A DNA stretch of 64,000 bases from Candidatus Eiseniibacteriota bacterium (GTDB taxonomy: Bacteria > Eisenbacteria > RBG-16-71-46): contig JBBRLX010000010.1 of NCBI GenBank assembly GCA_038231135.1, positions 32,001 through 96,000 on the forward strand, written 5' to 3'. Below, in pieces: positions 49,674 to 58,808 of this stretch (position 1 is the stretch's first letter; each line of letters begins with the position of its first letter). A program made the position numbers and the translations under genes. The notes below the pieces were generated by a model. It saw only the letters and a list, made by a program, of their open reading frames with translations, made no database searches and had not been told where the DNA came from.

Positions 49674-50885
49674 ATGGGGACCGAACGGCTCTACTACGAC
49701 GACTGCTATACCCGGTCGTTCACGGCCGAGGTGGTGCGGCGGGGCGAGCACGGTGGCCGACCCGCCGTGGAGCTGGTCGCCACGTACTTCTATCCCGAGA
49801 GCGGCGGCCAGGAGGCGGATCGCGGGACGCTTGGGGATCTCGAGGTCATCGACGTCCAGGCGGATGACGACGGCACGGTGTGGCACGTGCTGGGCGGGGC
49901 GGACGGCGCGCTGCCGGTCCTGCCGGAGGCGGGTGCCACGCTCTCCGCCACGGTCGACTGGACGCGCCGGTTCGATCTCATGCAGCAGCACACCGGGCAG
50001 CACATCCTCTCGGCGGCGTTCGAGCGCGTGCAGGGCGGGGCGACGGTGTCGTCCCACCTGGGCGTCGAGCGCAGCTCGATCGACATCACGGCAGCCGACG
50101 TGGACTGGGCGGCGATCGGCCGGGTGGAGGCGGCGGCGAACGCCGTGGTGTGGAGCGATCTCGAAGTGGTCCGCCACTGGACGGACGCGGACGGCGTGAA
50201 GCAGTTCGCGCTGCGCAAGCCGCCCGCCACGCACGAGCGCATCCGCATCGTCGAGGTCCCGGACTGGGACCTGTCGGCGTGCGGTGGTACCCACGTGCGG
50301 CGCACGGGCGAGATCGGCGTCATCAAGGTGGTGCGCTGGGAAAAGGTGCGCGGCAACGTGCGGTTCGAGTTCCTGTGCGCGGCGCGGGCGCTCGCGGACC
50401 ACGCATGGCGGGTCGAGGCCATGGTCGAAGCGGCGAAGCGCCGCACGCTCAAGGATGCGGAGTTGATTCCGTCGCTCGAGCGGGTGGCAATCGAGCGCGA
50501 CCGGCTCCAGAAGCAGGTCCGCGACTGGACCGATCAGCGCACGCGGGCCGAAGCGATCGAGCGCGTGGGAGCGCCGCCGAGGCCGGTCGCGGAACATCGC
50601 GACGACTGGACGCGGGACATGGCCCGCACGTTCGCGCTCCAGTGCCTCGAGGCGGGAGCGCCGTGGGTGGTGGCGGGAGCCGGTGCGGACCACGTGGTAT
50701 TCGCGGGGCGGCAGAAGCGCGGTGACGTCGATGTGCGCGAGGCGCTGCCGCAGGCGCTGGCGACGATGGCGGGGAAGGGCGGCGGCAGTCCGGACCTGAT
50801 CCAGATCGCGGCGCCCGATTCGCCGCGCGCGCGCGCCGGATTCGAGTTGCTCCAAGCCTGGCTGCGGAAGCGGTTCGAGGGCTAG
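49674..50885 (+). CDS. Alanyl-tRNA editing protein (AlaX-like) with C-terminal C-Ala-like domain
   Basis: TERLYY, FYPESGGQ, QQHTGQH and CGGTH zinc motifs, GKGGG. Confidence 0.85.
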   Translation: MGTERLYYDDCYTRSFTAEVVRRGEHGGRPAVELVATYFYPESGGQEADRGTLGDLEVIDVQADDDGTVWHVLGGADGALPVLPEAGATLSATVDWTRRFDLMQQHTGQHILSAAFERVQGGATVSSHLGVERSSIDITAADVDWAAIGRVEAAANAVVWSDLEVVRHWTDADGVKQFALRKPPATHERIRIVEVPDWDLSACGGTHVRRTGEIGVIKVVRWEKVRGNVRFEFLCAARALADHAWRVEAMVEAAKRRTLKDAELIPSLERVAIERDRLQKQVRDWTDQRTRAEAIERVGAPPRPVAEHRDDWTRDMARTFALQCLEAGAPWVVAGAGADHVVFAGRQKRGDVDVREALPQALATMAGKGGGSPDLIQIAAPDSPRARAGFELLQAWLRKRFEG

Positions 50886-50893
50886 GCCTGCCA

Positions 50894-50931
50894 ACGAAAA
50901 CCGCGCGCCCTTGGGGAGCGCGCGGTCTCGT
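50894..50931. terminator. Hairpin terminator between convergent genes
   Basis: ACCGCGCGC-(CCTTGGGGA)-GCGCGCGGT with an A-run on the left (U-tract on the minus strand). Confidence 0.65.
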
Positions 50932-50943
50932 CTCGGAACGGAG

Positions 50944-52392
50944 TTACTTGCTGCGCGTGCGTGTCCGCGACGTCGCGGGCGTCGCACGGCGTGCCGCTGC
51001 CGGCCGTGCCACGCGATTCGGCTTGGACGATGGCACCTTCGCCACCGGCTTGTTGCGGGCGCCCTTCGGGGCGTGATGCGTGGCATGGTGCGTCCGCGCG
51101 GGCGCACCCGATGTCGCGGCCGCCGGCCGGTTCACCGTGGCCGTGCGGGTTCCCGAGCCGTTCGTGCCGCTGCGCGTGACGGTCGCGATCTTGTTGGCGG
51201 CCTGCTGCAGTCCGCCCTCACGTCCGCCGCGGGCCGCCTCTTCGGCGGCGCGCAGGCTGCCCGGCTCCATGCTGTAGTCGAAATCCGGCAGCATCACGCG
51301 GGGAATCGCGCGACCGAGGAACCGCTCGATCGCGTCGACGTGCTTCTGCTCGTCCGGGCTCATCAGGGTGAACGCGTCGCCGACGGGCTCGCCGCGGCCG
51401 GTGCGGCCGAGGCGATGCACGTAGTCCTCGGGCGTCTGCGGCACGTCGTAGTTGACCACGTGCGCGGTGCCCGTAACGTCGAGACTGCGCGACGACGCCT
51501 CGCTCGCGACCAGGATCTGCACGCGTCCGCGCCGCAGGTCTTCGAGTGCCTGATCACGGTCGCCCTGGCTGGGATGCTCGTCGAGCATCGCCACGGCATA
51601 GCCCCGCCGCATGAGCTGCCGGGCCAGCCGGTCGCCGGAGGTCCGCGCCCGCGTGAGCACGATCGTGTTGCGCACCTCGGACCGCGCCAGCAGATCGTCC
51701 ATCAGGTCCGGCTTCAAGTCCCGCGACACGGGATAGATCGCCTGCGTGATGCCGGTGACGGGCTTTGCCACGGGTCCGACGTCGACGCGCACCGGCTCGA
51801 CGAGCGCCTCCTTGGCGAGCCGATTGAGCTCGGGGGGCATGGTGAGCGTGAATAGCAGCGTCTGCCGGGTCTCGGGCAGGAGCTTGAGCAGCTTGCGCAG
51901 ATCGGGCGCGAGGCCGAGCGCCACCATGCGGTCGGCCTCCTCGAGCACCAGGATCTCGACGTCGGCGAAATTGAGGCAGCCCCGGGCATAGAGCTCGAGC
52001 AGCCGCCCGGGCGTCGCCACGAGCAGGTTGATCGGCTCCTCGCGCAGCATGCGCTCCTGCCCCTGGAGTGGAGCGCCGGTGTACACCACACCCATCCTGA
52101 GCTCGGTAAACCGGGCGTAATCGCGTGCACGCGTCTCGACATAGGACGCCAGTTCGCGCGTCGGGACGAGAATGATCCCGCGCAGCCGGCTGCTACGCTC
52201 CACGAAGCGCGACAGAATCGGCAGCAGGTAGGCTCCGCTCTTCCCCGATCCGCTCTGGGCGACCCCGATCAGGTCGTTGCCCTGCAAGATGATGGGAATG
52301 GCTTTGCTCTGAATAGCGGTAGGCTCGGTCAAGCCGGCGGCCCGAATGCCCTTCAGTATGGGCGTGGGCAGCCCGAACGACGCGAACGTCAC
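50944..52392 (-). CDS. DEAD-box RNA helicase homolog with degenerate catalytic motifs (EEAD)
   Basis: Q motif PTAIQ, GSGKS, PTRELA, TPGRL and HRLGRTGR are present, but motif II reads LEEADRM and motif III reads TLT; GTG start at 52392 with GGAGG RBS. Confidence 0.85.
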   Translation of the reverse strand: MTFASFGLPTPILKGIRAAGLTEPTAIQSKAIPIILQGNDLIGVAQSGSGKSGAYLLPILSRFVERSSRLRGIILVPTRELASYVETRARDYARFTELRMGVVYTGAPLQGQERMLREEPINLLVATPGRLLELYARGCLNFADVEILVLEEADRMVALGLAPDLRKLLKLLPETRQTLLFTLTMPPELNRLAKEALVEPVRVDVGPVAKPVTGITQAIYPVSRDLKPDLMDDLLARSEVRNTIVLTRARTSGDRLARQLMRRGYAVAMLDEHPSQGDRDQALEDLRRGRVQILVASEASSRSLDVTGTAHVVNYDVPQTPEDYVHRLGRTGRGEPVGDAFTLMSPDEQKHVDAIERFLGRAIPRVMLPDFDYSMEPGSLRAAEEAARGGREGGLQQAANKIATVTRSGTNGSGTRTATVNRPAAATSGAPARTHHATHHAPKGARNKPVAKVPSSKPNRVARPAAARRATPATSRTRTRSK

Positions 52393-52639
52393 AGACCCCT
52401 CCAGCGAAAGATCGATCATGTTCCCCGACCGGATTGAGCCACCCGCGCATCGGGCCGTTCCTTCGTCCAGCGATGGGGGCAGCAGCCCCACAGAGTAGGG
52501 TGCCGGACGATCTGGGGCAACGACTAAGGCATGGCGCGTGAAAAAAACTTTCGAGTGCCCGACTAGGGGCCATCATTGTAGATGGATTCGGATGGAATTC
52601 GCACGTTCAGAGGTTGTCAATCGCTCTGATGCAAACGAA

Positions 52640-53494
52640 TTACGCCGAATTGACCCGACGCGGACGCATGCGCTGGCAGGAAGTGCAGTAGAACGTGGAA
52701 CGCTGTCCCTGAACGATGCGTTGGATGGGTGTTCCGCATTTCCGGCACGGTTCTCCAGCGCGGTCGTAGACCCGCAATTGGTCGCCATAGGACCCGGGCT
52801 CGTTCCACAGCGTACGGTAGCTGCTGAACGTCGTGCCCATGCGTTCGATGGCGGCCCGGAGCACCTGGCCGGTCTCGCCGGCAATCCGCTCCCAGTCCTC
52901 GTCGCGGATCGTCCCCGCCCGGCGCCCGGGGTGCACCCCGGCCCGGTGCAGGATCTCGCTCGCATAGATGTTGCCGATTCCGGCGATCCGGCGCTGGTCG
53001 AGCAGGAAGTTCTTCACATTCACCTGTACCCCCCGGGCGATCCGGGCGAGCGACGCCCCCGAGGGGGGATCGGCGATGGGATCGGGGCCGAGTTGGCGCA
53101 GCGACGCGTCGTCCGCCACCCCGACCGTGGGGATGGCGCGGAACATCCCGAACCGCCGGGGGTCCTGAAACCACAACCGGGTGCCGTCGTCGAACGTGAT
53201 CTTCACGTGCACGTGGGCCAGGCCGGGAGGCCGGGTGTCGTCGAAGAACAGCCAGCGGCCGCTCATGCCGAGATGCGAGATCACAGTGACTCCGCCCGAC
53301 AGCGCGATCAGCAGGAACTTGCCGTGGCGGCCCACGCCCTCGATCGCACGGCCGGTCAGATCGATTCCGCGCTTCGTGCCGGCCGCAGAGACGTGCAGCC
53401 TGTGGCGCGAGCGTTCGAGGCGCCGGATCGTGCGGCCGTGGACCGTCGATTCCAGCATGCGGCGCACCGTTTCGACTTCGGGGAGTTCGGGCAT
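52640..53494 (-). CDS. mutM: Formamidopyrimidine-DNA glycosylase
   Basis: MPELPEVET, RHGKFL, HLGMSG, DPRRFG, GIGNIYA, C-terminal zinc finger CRKC...CTSCQ. Confidence 0.95.
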   Translation of the reverse strand: MPELPEVETVRRMLESTVHGRTIRRLERSRHRLHVSAAGTKRGIDLTGRAIEGVGRHGKFLLIALSGGVTVISHLGMSGRWLFFDDTRPPGLAHVHVKITFDDGTRLWFQDPRRFGMFRAIPTVGVADDASLRQLGPDPIADPPSGASLARIARGVQVNVKNFLLDQRRIAGIGNIYASEILHRAGVHPGRRAGTIRDEDWERIAGETGQVLRAAIERMGTTFSSYRTLWNEPGSYGDQLRVYDRAGEPCRKCGTPIQRIVQGQRSTFYCTSCQRMRPRRVNSA

Positions 53495-53670
53495 GATGAG
53501 ACGCTACAGGAGGGCGGGGCGGCCGCGCGAGGCCGCCCCGCCGGGAACCGATGCGGACGTCGGACGGGGCGCGGCAGGATCGGGGCGGGGCATTGCGCCC
53601 GCTTTCCCCCGCGTGGCATGCTGACGATTCGCGCGAAGGCTATGGAAACACTCACGGGAAGGCTCGTTTC

Positions 53671-54591
53671 ATGGATGAACCGGAGCGCTTCGAGGAGTTC
53701 GCACGCCTTGCCACCGAGCAGCGCAACCCGCGCACGCGTGATCTCGACACGCTCGACGTGCCGGCGCTGCTCGAACGGATCTCGGCGGAGGACCGCACGG
53801 TGCCGGACGCCGTCGCGGCCGAGATCCCGTGGATCGCGCAAGCGGTCGAACTCGTGGTCGCCTCGTTCCGCGAGGGCGGCCGGCTGATCTACGTGGGCGC
53901 TGGCACCAGCGGACGGCTCGGCGTGCTCGACGCCTCGGAATGCCCGCCCACGTTCGGCTCCGACTCCAGGCAGGTGCAGGGCGTGATGGCCGGCGGCTAT
54001 GGGGCGCTGGTGCAGGCCGTGGAAGGCGCCGAGGACCGCACCGACGAAGGCGAACGCGCGATCGCCGAGCGCGATGTGGGCCCGCGCGACACGGTGATCG
54101 GCATCGCGGCCAGCCGCCGCACGCCGTTCGTGGTCGCGGCCGTCGCCGCCGCCCGCGCGCGCAAGGCCCGGACGGCGTACATCACCTGCACGCCCCGCGC
54201 GGAGTTCAAGCTCGACGTGGATGTCGCGATCTGTCCCGTGGTGGGTCCCGAGGCGTTGATGGGCTCGACGCGCATGAAGTCGGGGACGGCTCAGAAGCTG
54301 GTGCTCAACATGATCACCACCTCGGCGTTCGTGCGGATGGGCAAGGTGTACGAAAACATGATGGTGGACCTGCTCGCCACCAGCGAGAAGCTGGTCGAGC
54401 GCAGCCGGCGCACGGTGATGACCGTCACCGGCGTCGATTATCCAACCGCCGCGCGCGCCATCGAGGACGCGGGGAAGAGCGTCAAAATCGCGATCGTCAT
54501 GCTCGAGCTCGGCTGCTCGCTGGCCGAAGCCCAGGCACGACTGGAACGCGCGGGTGGCTTCGTGCGCACCGCGCTCGAGGGAGCGGCATGA
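53671..54591 (+). CDS. murQ: N-acetylmuramic acid 6-phosphate etherase
   Basis: TEQRNP, YVGAGTSGRLGVLDASECPPTF, EGAED, GSTRMKSGTAQKLVLNM. Confidence 0.95.
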   Translation: MDEPERFEEFARLATEQRNPRTRDLDTLDVPALLERISAEDRTVPDAVAAEIPWIAQAVELVVASFREGGRLIYVGAGTSGRLGVLDASECPPTFGSDSRQVQGVMAGGYGALVQAVEGAEDRTDEGERAIAERDVGPRDTVIGIAASRRTPFVVAAVAAARARKARTAYITCTPRAEFKLDVDVAICPVVGPEALMGSTRMKSGTAQKLVLNMITTSAFVRMGKVYENMMVDLLATSEKLVERSRRTVMTVTGVDYPTAARAIEDAGKSVKIAIVMLELGCSLAEAQARLERAGGFVRTALEGAA

Positions 54592-55835
54592 TCGGTTCGA
54601 ATCGCAGGATTCGCGGTGGACTCGCGCTGGTCGCGCTGCTGGCGATCGGGACGGCCATGCCCGGCTGCGGCAAGGGCGGCGGCGGCGCGAAGGAGGTCGT
54701 GTTCTGGGAGTTCTGGCCCGCCGAGGTCATCGACCCGATCCTCGCCAGGTTCCAGGCGCAGCATCCCGAGATCCACGTGCGCATGGAGCAGCTCACGTGG
54801 CAGAGCGGGCTCGAGAAGATCACCGCGGCGATGGCGTCCGGCAACACGCCCGACCTGTGCGAGCTCGGTTCCACCTGGATGCCGCGCATGCTGCACTCGG
54901 GTGCCCTGTCCGACTGGAGCGCGGGCGTGGCGGACCTGAAGCCCAAACTCCGCGGGTGGCAGATCGTCTCGATCGGCGACGCCGCCTACGGCATGCCGTG
55001 GGTGCTCGGCACGCGCGCGTTGTTCTACAACAAGACGCTGTTCGGCAAGGCCGGCATCGATTCCATGAATCCGCCCGCGACCTGGGACGACCTGCTCGAC
55101 GCGGCCACGCGCATCAACGAACTCGGCAATGGCGTTCACGGCTTCGGCGCCCAGGCCGGCGAGCGCTACGTGCTGTTCAAGAAGTTCATGCCGTTCGCCT
55201 GGGGCAACGGCGGCACGATCCTGTCCGACGACCTCACGCATTCCACGTTCGATTCGCCCGCCAACCGCACGGCGCTCGAGTTCTACCTCAAGCTCGCGAA
55301 GGCCGGCATGCTCGACCGGCAGGACGTGCTCGACCGCGAGTTCAAGGAGGGCCGGCTGGGCCTCGAGATCTCGGGGGCGTGGCTGTTCAAGTCGATCCCC
55401 AAGGACGCGCCCGGGCTGCGCTACGGGGTCGCGCTGGTGCCGGCGCCGGCCCTGGATAAGGGCACGAACGCGTCGTTCGCGGGCGGCGAGGTGCTCGTGA
55501 GCTTCGGCTCATCCCACAACAAGCAGGGCGCGCTCGAGCTGGCGCGATTCCTCGTCCAGCCCGAGAATGCGCTCGCGCTCGCGATCGCGGCGAAGAGCGT
55601 CGAGCCCGCGACCGTCGGCGCCGACACCGCCGCCTACTATCGCAGCCGGCCCGACGAACAGGTGATGATCCGCCAGTTCGAGACGTCGTATCCGACGCCC
55701 AACCACCCGGCGTGGATCGAGATGGAGGCGGCGATCGAGGACGAGGTCGAGCAGGCGCTGTACGGCAAGAAGACGGCGGCGCAGGCGGTGCTGGACGCGT
55801 CGAAGGCGATCGACCAGCTGGCGGCCAAGAAGTAG
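54588..55835 (+). CDS. Sugar ABC transporter substrate-binding lipoprotein (CUT1)
   Basis: Lipobox-like MPGC, PDLCEL, LFYNKTLF, PATWDDL; ATGA overlap with murQ. Confidence 0.88.
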   Translation: MIGSNRRIRGGLALVALLAIGTAMPGCGKGGGGAKEVVFWEFWPAEVIDPILARFQAQHPEIHVRMEQLTWQSGLEKITAAMASGNTPDLCELGSTWMPRMLHSGALSDWSAGVADLKPKLRGWQIVSIGDAAYGMPWVLGTRALFYNKTLFGKAGIDSMNPPATWDDLLDAATRINELGNGVHGFGAQAGERYVLFKKFMPFAWGNGGTILSDDLTHSTFDSPANRTALEFYLKLAKAGMLDRQDVLDREFKEGRLGLEISGAWLFKSIPKDAPGLRYGVALVPAPALDKGTNASFAGGEVLVSFGSSHNKQGALELARFLVQPENALALAIAAKSVEPATVGADTAAYYRSRPDEQVMIRQFETSYPTPNHPAWIEMEAAIEDEVEQALYGKKTAAQAVLDASKAIDQLAAKK

Positions 55836-55837
55836 AC

Positions 55838-56716
55838 ATGCGGGCGTATTCGCGCGCGACGTCGTGGACGCTGTTCGCCCCCTGGGTGCTGGCGTTCGCG
55901 ATGTTCGGACTGTTCCCGTTCGCGTTCTCTCTGTGGGCGTCGTTCACCGACTACTCGCCGATCCGCGCCGGTGGCGCCCGGTTCGTGGGGCTCGACAACT
56001 ACGTCCGCGCGCTGCACGAGCCCGCGTTCTGGAGTTCGCTCCAGACCACGGGGACGTTCGTGATCGGAACGATCCCGTTCACCACGCTGCTCGCGCTGGC
56101 GCTCGCGCTCGCCGTGCAGCCGGCGTTTCGCGGCCGGTCGATGTTCCGCGTGGGGTTCTTCCTGCCGAGCGTGGTGTCGGTGGTGGTGCTGTCGCTGGTG
56201 TTCAAGGGGCTGTACGCGCCGAACGGCTCGCTGAACGCGCTGCTGCGGCTGGCCGGGCTGCCCACGCCGTCGTGGCTGCTCGACCCGCGCACGGCACTCC
56301 CGGCGATCATGGCGATGGACGTGTGGTCGGCGAGCGGCTACTACATGGTGATCTTCCTCGCCGGGCTCGAGGCGATCCCGCGCGAGCTGTACGACGCGGC
56401 GCGGCTCGAAGGCGCGACCTGGCGCGACTGCCTGATCCACATCACGCTGCCGCTGCTGCGGCCGACGCTGCTGTTCGTGATCGTGGTGAACACCGTGCGC
56501 AGCCTGCAGATCTTCGCCGAGGTGTTCGTGATGACGCGCGGGGGGCCGCTGCATTCCACGTCGACCGTCGTGTACTACCTGTACGAACAGGCGTTCTACC
56601 GGTTCGATCTGGGCTACGCGAGCGCCGTCGGCTATCTGCTGTTCGTCCTCACGCTGCTGCTGGCGCTGGCGCAGATGAAGCTCGTGGGTGGACGCACCGC
56701 GGGGGCGGGCGCGTGA
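55838..56716 (+). CDS. Sugar ABC transporter permease
   Basis: FVGLDNY, FFLPSV, EAA-like ELYDAARLEGA, MTRGGP. Confidence 0.9.
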   Translation: MRAYSRATSWTLFAPWVLAFAMFGLFPFAFSLWASFTDYSPIRAGGARFVGLDNYVRALHEPAFWSSLQTTGTFVIGTIPFTTLLALALALAVQPAFRGRSMFRVGFFLPSVVSVVVLSLVFKGLYAPNGSLNALLRLAGLPTPSWLLDPRTALPAIMAMDVWSASGYYMVIFLAGLEAIPRELYDAARLEGATWRDCLIHITLPLLRPTLLFVIVVNTVRSLQIFAEVFVMTRGGPLHSTSTVVYYLYEQAFYRFDLGYASAVGYLLFVLTLLLALAQMKLVGGRTAGAGA

Positions 56717-57585
56717 CCGCGGCCACCGCGACCCCGGCCGCCCTGGGCGAGCGCGAGCTGGCGCCGCCGCCGCCGCCGTGGGGCGCCTCGGCGCTGCGCT
56801 GGCTGTGGCTCGGGCCGCTGCTCGTGAGCATGCTGCTGCCGTTCGTGTGGATGGCGGCGGTGTCGCTGTCCGCCAGCTCCGGGGGCTCGCTGTCGCGCGC
56901 GCTGTCGGGGCCGCTCGGCCTCGACAACTACCGCGCGCTGTTCGGCAGCGCGCACCTCGGTCGCTACCTGTTCAACAGCGCGTTCGTCGCGTCGCTCGTG
57001 GTGCTGCTCAACGTCGCAACCGCGGCGAGCGTGGGTTACGTGCTCGCGCGCCAGCGCGTGCCGGGGGAGAAGTTCTGGTCGTTCGGCATCGTGGCGACGC
57101 TGATGCTGCCGAAGCAGGTGCTGATGATTCCGTTGTACCTGGTAATGGCGCGGCTGCGGCTGCTCGACACCTATTCCGCGCTGGTGTTGCCGTTCGCGGT
57201 CGATGCGTTCAGCATCTTCATGGTGCGCCAGTACGTGCTCGGCCTGCCGCACGAGCTCGAGGAGGCGGCACGCGTGGATGGCGCGTCCGACTGGATGATC
57301 TTCACCCGGATCGTCGTGCCGCTCATGAGCCCGGTGCTGGCGGTGGTGGCGATCCAGTCGTTCCTCGCCAACTGGAATTCGTTCCTGTTTCCGCTCATCT
57401 TCATCGACTCGGACCGGCTGCGCACCCTGCCCGTGGGGCTCGCGCTGCTGTCGCAATCGGAGCACAGTGTGGACTGGGGGTTCCTGATGGCAGGCTCGAC
57501 CGTGGCGTCGCTGCCGGTGATCGCCGTGTTCGTGGCGTTCCAGCGCCACATCCTGTCCGGCCTGCTCGCCGGAGCCGAGAAGTGA
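56713..57585 (+). CDS. Sugar ABC transporter permease
   Basis: YLFNS, ELEEAARVDGA, WNSFLFPL, TLPVGL, GAEK end. Confidence 0.9.
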   Translation: MTAATATPAALGERELAPPPPPWGASALRWLWLGPLLVSMLLPFVWMAAVSLSASSGGSLSRALSGPLGLDNYRALFGSAHLGRYLFNSAFVASLVVLLNVATAASVGYVLARQRVPGEKFWSFGIVATLMLPKQVLMIPLYLVMARLRLLDTYSALVLPFAVDAFSIFMVRQYVLGLPHELEEAARVDGASDWMIFTRIVVPLMSPVLAVVAIQSFLANWNSFLFPLIFIDSDRLRTLPVGLALLSQSEHSVDWGFLMAGSTVASLPVIAVFVAFQRHILSGLLAGAEK

Positions 57586-58808
57586 CGCCGGGGCGCAAGC
57601 GTCCGGCCGACGGCTGGCGGAAGCTGCGCACGTATCTCGAACGCGACGGGCATCTCGTGGTGGGACTGATGACCGGCACGTCGGGCGACGGGATCGACGC
57701 GGCGCTCGTCGCGTTCGAAGGCACGGGGCTCGAGACCACGTACGAGCTGCGCGCCTACACCGAGACCCCGCTCGATTCCACGCTGCGCACCGAGATCCTC
57801 GAAGTGGCGGGCGCCGAAACCGTGACGCCCGAGCGGCTCATGGAGCTGGACGCGACGCTGGGGCGCCGCTTTGCCGAGAGCGTGCGCGCGCTGCTCGAGT
57901 CCGCGGGTGTCGCGCCCGAGGACGTGGATGCGATCGGTTCCCACGGCCAGACGGTGCGCCACATGCCGCGCGGCACCGCGCGGGGGGGCGCGCTGTCGCT
58001 CCAGATCGGCTCCGCCGCGATGCTCGCCGAGCGCACCGGGATCTCCGTGGTGTCGGACTTCCGCGCCCGCGACACCGCGGCGGGCGGCGAGGGTGCGCCG
58101 CTGGTGCCGCTCGTCGACTGGTGGCTGTTCCGCTCGCAGGCCGAGGCCCGCGTGATGCTCAATCTCGGCGGGATCGCGAACGTGACGCATCTGCCCAGGG
58201 CCTGCGAGCCCGCGCAGGTGACGGCATTCGACACCGGGCCCGGCAATTCGGTGCTCGACGCGCTCGCGCGGCTCGCCTCGGGCGGCGTTCACCAGTACGA
58301 CGCGGGCGGCGTGCTGGCGGCGCGCGGCGCGGCGAGCGAGGCGCTGCTCGCCGAGTTGCTCGCCGATCCGTTCTTCGCCCAGGCGCCGCCGCGCTCGACC
58401 GGCCGCGAACGGTTCGGCGAGCGCTACGCCGCCAAGGTCCACGAGCTGGGTGCGGCGATGCGGCTGTCGGACGCGGACTTGCTCGCGACCGCCGTGGAGC
58501 TGACGGCGGCGTCGATCTCGTCCGCGATCGAGCAGTTCCTCGCGCCCCAGGGGCCGATCGGCGGGGTGTTCGCCAGCGGAGGCGGCGTGCACAACGCTAG
58601 CCTGATGAAGGCGCTCGAGCGGCGCCTCACGCCGGCGCGCGTGCGGTCGCTGTCCACGCTCGGCGTGGCGCCCGAGGCGAAGGAGGCGCTGGCGTTCGCG
58701 TTCCTCGCGCACCAGACGCTGTGCGGACTGCCCGGGAACCTGCCCGGGGCGACCGGCGCGCGCCATCCGGTGGTGCTCGGCAGCGTGACGCCGGGAGTGC
58801 CGGAATGA
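57582..58808 (+). CDS. anmK: Anhydro-N-acetylmuramic acid kinase
   Basis: GLMTGTSGDGID, GSHGQT, DFRARD.AAGGEGAPLVP, NLGGIAN, FDTGPGN, STGRE, KEALAFA. Confidence 0.93.
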   Translation: MTPGRKRPADGWRKLRTYLERDGHLVVGLMTGTSGDGIDAALVAFEGTGLETTYELRAYTETPLDSTLRTEILEVAGAETVTPERLMELDATLGRRFAESVRALLESAGVAPEDVDAIGSHGQTVRHMPRGTARGGALSLQIGSAAMLAERTGISVVSDFRARDTAAGGEGAPLVPLVDWWLFRSQAEARVMLNLGGIANVTHLPRACEPAQVTAFDTGPGNSVLDALARLASGGVHQYDAGGVLAARGAASEALLAELLADPFFAQAPPRSTGRERFGERYAAKVHELGAAMRLSDADLLATAVELTAASISSAIEQFLAPQGPIGGVFASGGGVHNASLMKALERRLTPARVRSLSTLGVAPEAKEALAFAFLAHQTLCGLPGNLPGATGARHPVVLGSVTPGVPE

